A DNA stretch of 64,000 nucleotides from Antedon mediterranea (lineage: Eukaryota > Animalia > Echinodermata), in contig NC_092677.1 of the NCBI RefSeq assembly GCF_964355755.1, forward strand, positions 13,662,101-13,726,100. Reading direction: 5' to 3'. Each line of letters opens with the position of its first letter. Position 1 is the first letter of the stretch. The notes under the pieces are model-generated. The model did no database searches and had not been told where the DNA came from. It saw only the letters and a program-made list of their open reading frames with translations. Shown here in pieces: positions 1 to 10,786 of this stretch. The translations under genes and the position numbers were made by a program.

Positions 1-3000
1 AGATAGACAGTCTGACTAAAGACCAAATTTTATGTCACAAATTATATAGCTGATAAAGACTGTTTATACACCACTTATAGCAATCCACCCATGGTCTTTT
101 TTTTATAAAGTTAGTAAGCATTTTGATTTGTAAAAAGACTTTGTAGTTTGTTTGTACTGTAGTAAAACACATCTGTGGAAAATATTTGACGCAAGCAAGG
201 TCAGAAAGGATGAGTTGAGGCATCAGTTGTTGAAAAATGTCCTAATGTGCATTTAAAATATAAACAAGTAACCTATTTTTGTCAACCTTATGTGGCCGAA
301 ACGTTTTCACAGAGGGGGCAGTTCCAAGTTGGCTGTCTTTTCTGTAGAGTATATAATATCACCCAGCACTGACTAGAGCTACTTGAAGCAGAAACGTATT
401 GGTACCCAGTAAGTAAAATTAGAATGCTTCCACCGTTCTTTTAGTTATTTTGCAGCACATTTATATAATATATTTGATGATTGACGTTTGATGATAACCG
501 ATTATTGTTTTAATAGTAATTATACAGGGCCGATGGCGTTTTTCCAATCTACATTTTTAATAGTTTTTTAACATAGGCCTATAATTTAACCTTAACTTTT
601 GCAATTTGATGTATTTTTCTTTGTTTTATTGTCTTAAAATGATGTCAAGCAAAATGAATTTCTATTTTAAAGTGGACCAATACAATTTCTTGAATCTTGA
701 AGTGATTTCAATATACAGTAATTTATGATACCAATAGTTTAAAAATATGCCAAAAATATTTATTTAAAAACTCGGGCCAGGACAAACCTTGGAATACAAT
801 TTTTAAAAAAATATAAGTTCACAAAAAGTTGATAACTCATAAAAATACTGTATAATGCAGCATACAGCAAAAACTAAAACTTTGGAAAAAAAAAATACTT
901 TGAAATAAAAATTGTCATAATTCAGCATGTAACACTGTCAAAAACACAAGAATTTAATATTTTAAAAAAAAACCATTCATTTTGGGACAATAAAAGTTGA
1001 ATAAATATATCACATAAAAATAAAATAATAAATACGGACTGTATTGTTTGCATCCTCAAAAAAAAATCTCAATAAAAAAATACTCACCAAATAGAAAAAG
1101 ACTTGTAAGGTGATAAGTAAAAAGTGAAGAAAAATTCTTGTAATAAACGGTTGAAAAAACAGTTGATTCAAAAACTGAAAAAAAATAATGGGACCATATA
1201 TAAATAAAATGTAAGAAATAAAAAAAATGGGCCATGCGTTTTTTGGTGTTTTTTTTCTCATCAAAAGTTGATTTTTTTATTTTATTACGTCATTTTATGA
1301 ATAATGATTATTTATAGCCTATTTAGATAATAAAAACGATTTCAATTTATAATATTGTTACGTTGTATGTTAAGGTCTACTTATAAAGAGTATTATTTAT
1401 TAACAAAATAAAACTACAATATTTTTGTTGACAGCAAAAATCTGTTATTTTCATATTTAAAAAGAAGTGATGCTTCGAGGCCTAGCCTAGTATAGAATAG
1501 TAGGTTAGGCTGGCCTAGCTAGCAAGAAAAATAGCCTTAACTGCAGCACATTCCTTCGTGAGTCTGGCCGGTGGTGGCATGGCGTGTCTTCGTCGAACAT
1601 TAGAACAATCATTCATTTGATCAACAATACATTCGTAATTAACTAAATAAAACGATAAAAAACCTTACTTTATCTACTAGTACTACTAGCCTAGGGCCTA
1701 GCTAACTCTAGGGTAGGGCCTACCTAGACTCTGATGAGTAGGCTAGACTAGAACATTGATTGTTTCTAAAATCGCTGCACAATCGGACAAATCATATAGG
1801 CCTAGCTTAAAATACGTCACAAAAGGCCAGTTCGATTAAAAGAACCTAGGCCTGCAAATAAAGCACCGAATCACCACCGCCATATTGATTTCTTGCGCTG
1901 GCCTGGCTGCCGAATCCGCCGCCGCTTGCCTGGATGGCTCTCTACCGACCGGTGGTCTAGGCTTCTGGATATTCATAATAAATTAGAAAATTCAGTCGAA
2001 GCCAACCAAATTTCTACCGACATTTATCAAAACTACAATACATCACTATTATCCTGAACACTAAAATAACTGTCAAGAATTAAAAAATAACAATAATGAA
2101 TAAATAAATACATTAATAAGAACCTTTAACAAAATATTGAAGACAACCACGCTTTTCTAGTTTTTAATAAAATCGACGCCTTTTCTTTCCCACGTGACCA
2201 ATGATGAGATTTATCCAATTGGTGGCGCTATTTTAATATTTCTCTCTTAATGATAGCCAAAAGCTGGATGGCAAACTAACCCTTTCGGTTAAAGATTCTT
2301 TGTCCCCCAAAAACATGATAATTGAATATTAATAAAAACTTTCACTAGGCCTAGGCCATTTCGCAGTTAATCACTTTTGTAGGAAAAAAATATAAACAAT
2401 AATTGTAATTGTTTGTAATACTGTGTGTAGTAGCTTCGCATGCATCGTTGAAACAGGGAGTTGTAAAATAACAACTCCCTGGTTGAAATATAACCTTTTA
2501 TGATCATTCACCAAATGCCATTATTGTACCATTACACGAATATAAAATTCAGTATTTCTTTTATATAACATCTAAATAGATTCCTGTCATTTTAATTAAA
2601 TAAAAGGTAGACATATTCAATGCTAGTCTGGGTTCCAGACGGAGTTTTGTCTTAATATTAGTAAAAAGATAAATATTTTGGCACATATAGGGTTTCATAT
2701 TTATACTACTTGATTTTGTATTTTCAGACAAAAATCGAAAAAAAAAAAAATAAAAAAAAAAAATGAATACAAGCTTGAGGCAAGTCAAAAAAGTCAAGGC
2801 CTACATTTGATTTACATTGATTAAAACGGTAACATTTGGTTTTTAATAGTATTAATTAATGGATTATCTAAACACACCACCTACTGTAGTGTTAATTATG
2901 TCAACAAACGACCAAACAATCCTAGGCCTAGACTAGCAAGGCTAAAACGCCTAGGCGGCATAGGCTAGCCTAATACTAAATAACAGGCCTAGCCTAGTAG

Positions 3001-3739
3001 GACTAGACTAGAGAGGAAAGGCAACTGGAACTCATCTAGGCTAAGGCATAGGCTCAGCTTATAATGTTTTTTTCCAACGATTCCACGTCTTGTAGAGATG
3101 TTCCTACTAATCAAAATCTTACAGACAATCTAAAGCTAATTTAAATGCCTTTTTGATCTAAATTAGTACATTCCCTCCAAAAATGTACTGACATCGCGAA
3201 ATCAGTTACAACATCTTCGCAGCGAATATACAAAATAGGCGGCGCTGTTGCATTTTAAAAGTAAAAGTACTGTATGTAAATAAAACAAGAAATATTTCTT
3301 ACAAAAAACGCTTTCGACATTTTTTTAACATTAATCATTGTTCCAATCGTAAAAATACATACAAATCACAGATAGTTCTTTAAATATGAATCACATGCCC
3401 ATATTTCCTCTAATTAATTGTATACACAGCATTTGAAAGAAGACATGTGTTCCTTTCCAACAATGTATTATTTGCTAATAAATATAAATCTACTAATTTA
3501 AAAATGGTCAATTTTGAACGTCAATGTGCTGTAGCCTGTTTGTGTGTGACCTCAACCTGTACTGTCTACGCTATTGACCCACAATCGTCCAATATATTAA
3601 CAGGAATTAATTTAGGTGTTATATAAAACTTAATCGAACGATTGATAATATAAGCCATGAAACTTTCTTACATAGGCTAATTTCCAAAAGAAAATGTATT
3701 TACGTAACGCATTCCTTTTGTTAATTACTATATATAATT

Positions 3740-5036
3740 CAGGGGCGCAGCCAGTGGGGGGGTCACGGGGGTCCTGACCCCCCCCCCCCCCCCCCTTTTT
3801 TTAGAAAAAAATAAATAAAAACATGAGACAACAATACAGATCAAATCATCCTGGAGATACTGTGGAAGATTACTACCGAGCAGTATTACCAAATCAACTT
3901 CTTGATTACAAACCGAGTTAAAACCCCGTTTTTCTGCCGATAAAAGGCCATGCTTTAAAATATTTGGCGTAGCACCCGAGTCTATAGTGAAGTGTAATGT
4001 TGAAGAAGTCTTCAAGGAACTTGAATTTGGTACGATGATCTGCCAAGACACGAACATCTTCATTCCGAGCTTCAGTGATGGAAGCGACTGTGTAAAATTA
4101 GCGGATCCAGATGTGTTCCCGAATGTGCGTGCACTTCTTCTAATCGCGTAGGCCTATGCACGTAACGTCTGCTGAAGCTGAGCGGAGTTTTTCGACTTTA
4201 TGGAGAACGAAAACCTGTTTGGGAAATCACATGTCTTATGAGCAGCTTTCGGGATTGTGCCTCATGAACATACACTTTAACATGAACATTAATACAGAGA
4301 ATGTCATTCGCGAATTCTGTCTCCAAGCCAAGAAGAATATATGTTCCAAACTTATGTTTAAAGATGCATCACGCGATGTCAAGAGCGCCGTTATAGTAAC
4401 TAACGTAAAATGTATGATAATAATTTAGAAGTTAGTTATTACAATTATGTATAAGCTATCACCTATACTATACATTCGAACAAAATAGGTATATTTTTAA
4501 ACAAAATATTGTATGTACTGGGTATGATAAGCGTCTCACATACACACGGAGCCAAGATAGCTTCTTGGACTTGCACAGTGTATGAACTCTAACCTTACGG
4601 TTCTCATTTAATAATATCACTCCCTCCATGCTATCATTCTAATTTCTTTTTTCAAACTTTTGCATCTCTACGTTCATTTCATGCAACTTTTGTATTGGTG
4701 AAAAGGGAGGAATTCAAATAATTTCTCCTCTGAGTTTACAGCCTCTCTACACAAATCAACAAACAAGCAAGAAAAAAAGTGTTTGTCTGTGGCAGCCTGG
4801 AATATAAAAATGTTCTGTAATGAAAATGAGAGTTGTTTTTTGTTTTCTTTGTTTCAGTTTATTAGTGTTAACATTGTCATATTTGTGTGTGCGTAAACCG
4901 ATTCAAATGATCTAGATTGCCCAACCGGGGGCCCTTGGCGGCCCCCTGGCCCCCAGCCCATGGTTGCTCGCTTCGCTCGCAAAATACTCACATATTGGTT
5001 GACCCCCCCTTTAATTCTTTGCTGGCTGCGCCCCTG
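3740..5036 (+). mobile_element. Non-autonomous hAT-superfamily DNA transposon (internal deletion derivative) with 5-bp TSD
   Basis: 15-bp perfect TIRs CAGGGGCGCAGCCAG (3740-3754) / CTGGCTGCGCCCCTG (5022-5036), flanked by TAATT (3735-3739, 5037-5041). Carries a hAT C-terminal dimerisation domain remnant. Confidence 0.88.
4100..4428 (+). pseudogene. hAT transposase C-terminal dimerisation domain fragment
   Basis: ORF 4156-4428 VTSAEAERSFSTLWRTKTCLGNHMSYEQLSGLCLMNIH matches the hAT motif PVTS-x-AERSFS-L-R-KT-LR-M-RL-GL-L-IH. Upstream ...VFPNVRALLLIA* is interrupted by a stop. Confidence 0.85.
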
Positions 5037-5283
5037 TAATTATAGGGCGTGATACAATGAAATGGTAATGGATGAACTTAGGTATATAATAGATAGGCTA
5101 ATAGACAATTAAAACGTTTAAAAATTGACTGATAATTATAAAATACAAGGTTGAGAAATCATTAAAAAACGGTAATGACGAAATATAATTAAATAAAAAG
5201 CAATTACCATTCATTACCAACTTGCTTATCTTATCTTATAATTATCGAAAAATAGATTTGATTGATACGATTCAGAAAATGAA

Positions 5284-8200
5284 TCGTAAATAATATAAAT
5301 ATGGCCAGTACACGTCGTTCTCATTACGTTCTCTATCTGTGTTTTATTATATGCCATCTAAGATATAATTTCATCTTAAAAACCAGCACATATCATCCTG
5401 AAGCAAATATAAACACTGTGCAATGTATCAACGGACGTAAGTTTATGCAGTTTGACGATTATTTACCTCTAATCATTCACAACTTGCTAGGCCTCACTGT
5501 GCATTGCTGTACACACCTGCACACAACAATTAATACCGATGTCCACCTTTGTTATGAACAATGGCTGGGCATTCAGCCTGAAATTGCCGGCCTACTCGAT
5601 TGTAGACGCTGTAGGAACAATGGTACTACTCATCTCAAATACAGTGGTGCCAGAGTTCCATACTTTTCAGCTAGATCTTGTGTCTCAACTTTTCAACCTA
5701 CGCTTATCAAGTGTGGCGACATCGAAGTCAATCCCGGACCAACGATCGGCCAACATGTTTTAAATTCCACATGCTCTACCACGTCCAGTCATCAAAATCA
5801 AAACAATAACAACAACACTCCTAAGCTCTACTATCAGAACATTAGAAGCATAAAAAATAAATTAGATGTATACAACTCTGAATTGCAAGGTCATCTTTTA
5901 AATAATTCATTTGACTTCGTTTGTTTCTCTGAAACATGGCTCAATTCATTTGTTTCCGACTCAGAATTATACTGTCCTGGTTTCACCACACATAGGAAAG
6001 ACAGAAACGATGGTAGAAGGGGAGGCGGAATTATGTTGCTTACCTCCAACAAGTTTAAATCGAGACGATTGGTCCATCTTGAACATAAAGATGTGGAATT
6101 ACTATGGACTGAAATCAAAATGAGTAAAAGTAAGGTTGTACTTATCGGAGTCGTCTATAGAGCACCAAACAGCAATCGTGAGAGTATTTTAAAAATCGCC
6201 CAATTGGTTGAAGATGCAATGTCTACTTACCCCCGGCATCAACTCATCTTGGTAGGAGATCTTAACCTTCCCAACATTAAGTGGACAACTGATGGTACGG
6301 GATCAGCATCCACAAATTCAATTGGTGAACTATTCATTAACAGCTTGTTGAACGGTCTTAATTTGATCCAATGTAATGTTACGGCTACATGTAACAATAA
6401 TATTCTTGATTTAATTTTATGCAATTCTAAGGAACTTATTTCTGACATTGTTGTTGGTCAAGATATTTTTTCTTCTGACCATCGCTCTCTTATATTGTCT
6501 TTAAATTTTTATGTTACCAATATTAGTCATAATAGATTATATAGAAAATCTTATAATTTTAAAGCAATTAATGACAGCGACCTTATTGATCATTTCGACA
6601 AAGTTCCTTTTGATATCATTAACACCGAAGACAATGTTGATGATTGTGTAACTGTTTTTTACGATTTAATTGACGCCGCCCTCCGCGATCTTGTCCCCAT
6701 CAAAACATTCAGACGCCAAATGCCGCCATGGTTTGACCATGAAATTAGAGCTATCTTGAAACGTAAAGAACACCTTTTCAGAATGTGGAAAAAACATAAA
6801 CTAATACACTTTAAAAATGATTTCATTACGGCCAGAAAAACGTTCAAAAAGCTTGCCAAAAAGAATTACTCACAATATATCCGTTCCCTCTCTGATAGCA
6901 TAAAATCTAATCCCAAGCGCTTTTGGACATGGATCAAGACGAAAACAAAAACGTCGTCTTATCCGTCTGTTTTGAACTACGGGGACAAGGTCGCGGAGAG
7001 TGCGAAAGATAAAGCTATTTTGTTTAATTCATTTTTTCATTCTGTTTTTCAAAAATCTAGTTTAAGTATCACTGACCAACATCATGCTCTCCCTGAATCA
7101 TCCCTTGATTATTTAAGTATACCTGATATTCAGCCGGATTCTGTTTACAAATTGCTTACGTCTATCAAACCACATAAAGCTTCTGGCTGTGATGAGCTGA
7201 GTAACCATGTTTTAAAAGTTTGTGCGAAACCTCTCTCTATTCCTATCTGTTCTATTTTTAACAAATCTCTGACTTTTGGTAAATTCCCATCTTTCTGGAA
7301 GCAATCTAATGTTGTTCCTATCTACAAATCTGGTTCCAAGAAATCCGTCACCAATTACAGACCGATTTCAATTTTGCCTACCATCTCAAAACTTTTCGAA
7401 CGAGTCATGTATAATCACATTTGGTCCCATGTTCATTCTACCATCTCTCTCTATCAGCATGGTTTCGTTCCCAACAGGTCATGTGAAACAAATCTTGCTT
7501 GTCTTCTGACAACTGTGTATGATGCCATCAAGGGCAGAGCACAATGTGATGTTATATATACTGACTTCTCAAAAGCTTTTGATTTGGTGCCACACAATCT
7601 TCTTATTTTTAAACTTCAACGACTTGGTTTTAATCCTCATCTTTTGTCCTGGTTCAGAAGCTATTTGGATGGTAGACGTCAACGTGTAGTTATCGATGGC
7701 GAGGCATCTGAGTGGCTTCCAGTTCATTCCGGTGTTCCTCAGGGGTCAATCCTCGGTCCCCTCCTTTTTAATTTGTATGTGAACGATATTCCATCGCTGT
7801 TTCGCTATTCAGATTGTCTTATGTTTGCTGACGATCTAAAAATTATTAAAACTATCAACAGTTATGAAGATGCTGAAATGCTTCAGGGAGACCTTACTAA
7901 ATTTAGTTCCTGGTCCACTTTGTGGGGCATGATGTTAAACTCTTCGAAGTGCAATATTTTGTCCTTTACTTTAAATAAAAATAAAATTGTTTATGTCTAT
8001 TCCGTCGACGACAAACCTATTAATAAGGTGCATCAACATCGTGATCTCGGTATTATTTTAGATAGTTCCCTTACTTTTTCTTTTCATGTTGATCATCTTC
8101 TAAATAAATGCAATAAGCTGCTTGGGCTGATGTGGCGCAATGGAAAATATCTCGGTCGTTCTTCCAAAGTTTATCTATATATCACCTTAATCCAACCTAA

Positions 8201-8755
8201 TTTAGACTTTTGTTCTGTTATTTACAATTCAATCTCCAAAACCCAAGCCTCACGTATTGACCGACTCTATTCTAGATTTTTGCGCTACATCAGCCACAAC
8301 CACAATCAGAATAATCTTTTTAAATGTAACAATCTTTATAATTGTGATGATAAAAAAATATATCCTATATCTCCCCCTTCATTACGTAGATGTCACAATG
8401 ATCTTATTTTTCTTTTTAAATGTCTTCATTCTATTTTTGACTGCAACTTTATCTCCAATTTCGGTATTCGTGTTCCCGCCCGTAATTTAAGAAACAATAG
8501 TATCCTTTGTGTTCCCTGTTGTAGAGTCAATGTTCTCAAAAGTGGTTACATCAGTAGATTAAGTTTATATTATAATAGTTTAGTCCAGGCCCATCCCCAT
8601 ATTGACATTTTTAATTCCAATCTTTATCTGTTTCGTCGTAATTTAAGTGTTTCTGAGTTGTTGTAATTGTTTTGTATCTGTTAAACCAAGCTGTAAGTGG
8701 CGGATTTGTTTCTGCTGTTGTTTCTGGTTTTAAAAATAAAATAAAATAAAAAATA
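5284..8755 (+). mobile_element. Non-LTR retrotransposon (APE-type, CR1/L2-group-like), young insertion
   Basis: Uninterrupted 1121-aa ORF, short 3' UTR with stem-loop (AAACCA 8683-8688 ... TGGTTT 8725-8730), (AAAAT)n/A-rich tail 8732-8755, 8-bp TSD AAAATGAA (5276-5283, 8756-8763). Confidence 0.93.
5301..8666 (+). CDS. LINE polyprotein: N-terminal peptide, 2A-like motif, AP endonuclease and reverse transcriptase
   Basis: APE motifs YQNIRSI, FSETWL, GVVYRAP, GDLN, LDLIL, SDH. RT motifs YRPISILP, QHGF, DFSKAFD, GVPQGSILGPLLF, FADD, DLGI. GDIEVNPGP at 5715-5741. Confidence 0.95.
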   Translation: MASTRRSHYVLYLCFIICHLRYNFILKTSTYHPEANINTVQCINGRKFMQFDDYLPLIIHNLLGLTVHCCTHLHTTINTDVHLCYEQWLGIQPEIAGLLDCRRCRNNGTTHLKYSGARVPYFSARSCVSTFQPTLIKCGDIEVNPGPTIGQHVLNSTCSTTSSHQNQNNNNNTPKLYYQNIRSIKNKLDVYNSELQGHLLNNSFDFVCFSETWLNSFVSDSELYCPGFTTHRKDRNDGRRGGGIMLLTSNKFKSRRLVHLEHKDVELLWTEIKMSKSKVVLIGVVYRAPNSNRESILKIAQLVEDAMSTYPRHQLILVGDLNLPNIKWTTDGTGSASTNSIGELFINSLLNGLNLIQCNVTATCNNNILDLILCNSKELISDIVVGQDIFSSDHRSLILSLNFYVTNISHNRLYRKSYNFKAINDSDLIDHFDKVPFDIINTEDNVDDCVTVFYDLIDAALRDLVPIKTFRRQMPPWFDHEIRAILKRKEHLFRMWKKHKLIHFKNDFITARKTFKKLAKKNYSQYIRSLSDSIKSNPKRFWTWIKTKTKTSSYPSVLNYGDKVAESAKDKAILFNSFFHSVFQKSSLSITDQHHALPESSLDYLSIPDIQPDSVYKLLTSIKPHKASGCDELSNHVLKVCAKPLSIPICSIFNKSLTFGKFPSFWKQSNVVPIYKSGSKKSVTNYRPISILPTISKLFERVMYNHIWSHVHSTISLYQHGFVPNRSCETNLACLLTTVYDAIKGRAQCDVIYTDFSKAFDLVPHNLLIFKLQRLGFNPHLLSWFRSYLDGRRQRVVIDGEASEWLPVHSGVPQGSILGPLLFNLYVNDIPSLFRYSDCLMFADDLKIIKTINSYEDAEMLQGDLTKFSSWSTLWGMMLNSSKCNILSFTLNKNKIVYVYSVDDKPINKVHQHRDLGIILDSSLTFSFHVDHLLNKCNKLLGLMWRNGKYLGRSSKVYLYITLIQPNLDFCSVIYNSISKTQASRIDRLYSRFLRYISHNHNQNNLFKCNNLYNCDDKKIYPISPPSLRRCHNDLIFLFKCLHSIFDCNFISNFGIRVPARNLRNNSILCVPCCRVNVLKSGYISRLSLYYNSLVQAHPHIDIFNSNLYLFRRNLSVSELL

Positions 8756-9064
8756 AAAATGAAAATTGGCCAATCGTAGGATATGTTTAATTATTGCTTG
8801 AGGTGATTTTTTGTGACGTTACGTAATCAATTATATCCATCTGTCAACCCACTCAAAATAATGATACGATTGAAATGTTCGATCTTATACAAGTTATTGG
8901 ATTTATATGGATCGTTTTAGTTTGTTCGTCACTCTTGGGTTAACTCTATCGCTAGCTTACGCCATGATACACGTACAAACTGAATTCTGTTGAGATCCAT
9001 CCTTATTGAAGTTTAAACGCTATTGCAACAAATACTTTCTCAAATCATTTGAAGATTTACAAAA

Positions 9065-9952
9065 ATGAATTCTACCGAAATTGAATCAGCAACAACAGTG
9101 ACAATAATATTCAGGACGGTCATATTCTTCATCATTATGCTTTTTGCAATTGTTGGTAATTGTTTAACTCTTGCTATAATCTATACTGTTGAATCACTTC
9201 ACACGAAAACGTACGCCTTTGTCGCGAATCTAGCAATCGCAGATCTTTTACTCGGTATATTGGTTATGCCTATTGTTCTTGCTGCTTCTATAAGTGACGG
9301 ATGGCCATTTGTACAAGACTGGCCATCCGTCTTCGGTCAATGCTACCTAACAAGCACTGCCACTCTGTGTGCAATATCAATTGAAAGGTATCATTCTATT
9401 ATCAACCCTTTACACTACGATTCAAAAATTATCATTTTATTATGTTGGACGTGGATCCAGTTTCTTATTTTCGTCATCATGGGATTTGGAAGAGTTGAAT
9501 ATATTCCTTATTCATTTATTTGTCTACACATGTGGCAAGAGAGCCATATTCTCACAATATCCTTGTCTGTCGTTGGTCTGTTTCTTCCGGCTTTATTAAC
9601 TGTCAAATCGTATTACCATATAGGTAAGTTAACTTTCCAGCAACTAAAGCGTGTTCAAAACGTTGCGACTATCGCATCAAATTCGACAAATGCTATGATG
9701 AAGGCCAAGATTAAATCCGCCATCGTCTTTGCAGTCCTCATTGGTACTTTTATGACATTGTTTTTGCCGTACCAAGTTGTTGTGAATTGTCAATTTTGGA
9801 AGATGTACTTACCAAATTGGTTTAAAACTTGTTCAATGTGGATGGCATTTATGACATCATCATGTAACCCTGTAATATATTGTCTGATGAATAATATAAG
9901 ACATTTAGAGACGGACTCAAAAAAATTCGACGTAAAATTCTTCGATCGCTAA
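9065..9952 (+). CDS. Intronless class A (rhodopsin-like) GPCR, degenerating paralog of 12397-13320 (possible pseudogene)
   Basis: GN (TM1), LAIADL (TM2), ERY, NPVIY. Lacks the TM3 Cys of the paralog, has in-frame deletions, and has a 5-nt insertion near 9893-9900 that shifts helix 8 (FRDGL lies in another frame). Confidence 0.8.
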   Translation: MNSTEIESATTVTIIFRTVIFFIIMLFAIVGNCLTLAIIYTVESLHTKTYAFVANLAIADLLLGILVMPIVLAASISDGWPFVQDWPSVFGQCYLTSTATLCAISIERYHSIINPLHYDSKIIILLCWTWIQFLIFVIMGFGRVEYIPYSFICLHMWQESHILTISLSVVGLFLPALLTVKSYYHIGKLTFQQLKRVQNVATIASNSTNAMMKAKIKSAIVFAVLIGTFMTLFLPYQVVVNCQFWKMYLPNWFKTCSMWMAFMTSSCNPVIYCLMNNIRHLETDSKKFDVKFFDR

Positions 9953-10140
9953 ATGGTTCTTTTTTAAAGTAGTTCAAGACATTATAATATTAAATCGAAC
10001 ATTTAACAAAAGTTTTTAATACGTAGTAACCTTCATACAACACTTTAAAACGTTTTTAAGAACATGAAAATGTGTTCACCAATCGACGGGTATACCCGTA
10101 CCCCATAGACAAAGTGTTGACTGAAACAATCGGTGCAATG

Positions 10141-10231
10141 TTCAATCGGTCTATTGGTTGTTATGCCTATTACTGCTTCTATTAAGTGACGGATAGCCAG
10201 TTATACAACACTGGATCTGTGAGGTATCTTC
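10141..10231 (+). pseudogene. Fragment of a third GPCR copy (TM2-ECL1-start of TM3)
   Basis: ttcaatcggtctattggttgttatgcctat...gtgacggatagcca...tggatctgtgaggtatcttc aligns by eye with 12576-12668 of the intact GPCR, with indels and a stop. Confidence 0.75.
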
Positions 10232-10446
10232 TGGACAAACCCAAATAGTTGGTTGCTACTTTTTTGCTGCCACTAAAAGGTTGGGTATTGTAACCCGAAA
10301 TACCTGAGTAAATTTAGTTTTCCCTGGCCGAGGAAACATCCATTTCCCCCTTCCCAAAGAGGGAAATCAAAGTTTACTCCACTAATTGGTGGTGGTAAAC
10401 TAGCATAATGTTTTTCACCATAATAATGGTATAGGCTGTGCCTTAT

Positions 10447-10449
<3 letters not shown>

Positions 10450-10496
<47 letters not shown>
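10450..10496. repeat. (TA)n microsatellite
   Basis: Pure TA run. Confidence 0.95.
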
Positions 10497-10499
<3 letters not shown>

Positions 10500-10647
10500 C
10501 AATGATGTTGCGTAGCACTGGGTAAATTATATATAAATCATACTGTAAATTATAGAAACAGTGCTCATATTCGGAACATGATCTCATAATCGCGTCGAGC
10601 ATAGCTCATTGGCGAAAGTTCCATATTTTTTAGTTGTATGAAAAAAT

Positions 10648-10718
10648 GTCTCTGGCTGGATTCGAACCTGCAACCTCTCGCTTACAGGGCGAGTATCATA
10701 CCACTAGACCACAGAGCC
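10648..10718 (-). tRNA. tRNA-like sequence (pseudo-tRNA or SINE head), tRNA-Pro-like body with a TGT anticodon triplet
   Basis: Minus strand GGCTCTG TGGTCTAGTGGT ATGATA CTCGC CCTGTAA GCGAG AGGTT GCAGG TTCGAAT CCAGC CAGAGAC followed by A and T6. A and B boxes present and anticodon stem perfect. One mismatch each in acceptor and T stems, and C33 instead of U33. Confidence 0.6.
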
Positions 10719-10735
10719 ATGTATGGTATTATCAC

Positions 10736-10736
<1 letters not shown>

Positions 10737-10783
<47 letters not shown>
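10737..10783. repeat. (TA)n microsatellite
   Basis: Pure TA run. Confidence 0.95.

Positions 10784-10786
<3 letters not shown>

Noticed and set aside
1-415. Possible exon or transposase remnant (HLWKIFDASKVRKDELRHQLLKNVLMCI)
   Set aside because: Too short and stop-bounded to assign from the sequence alone.
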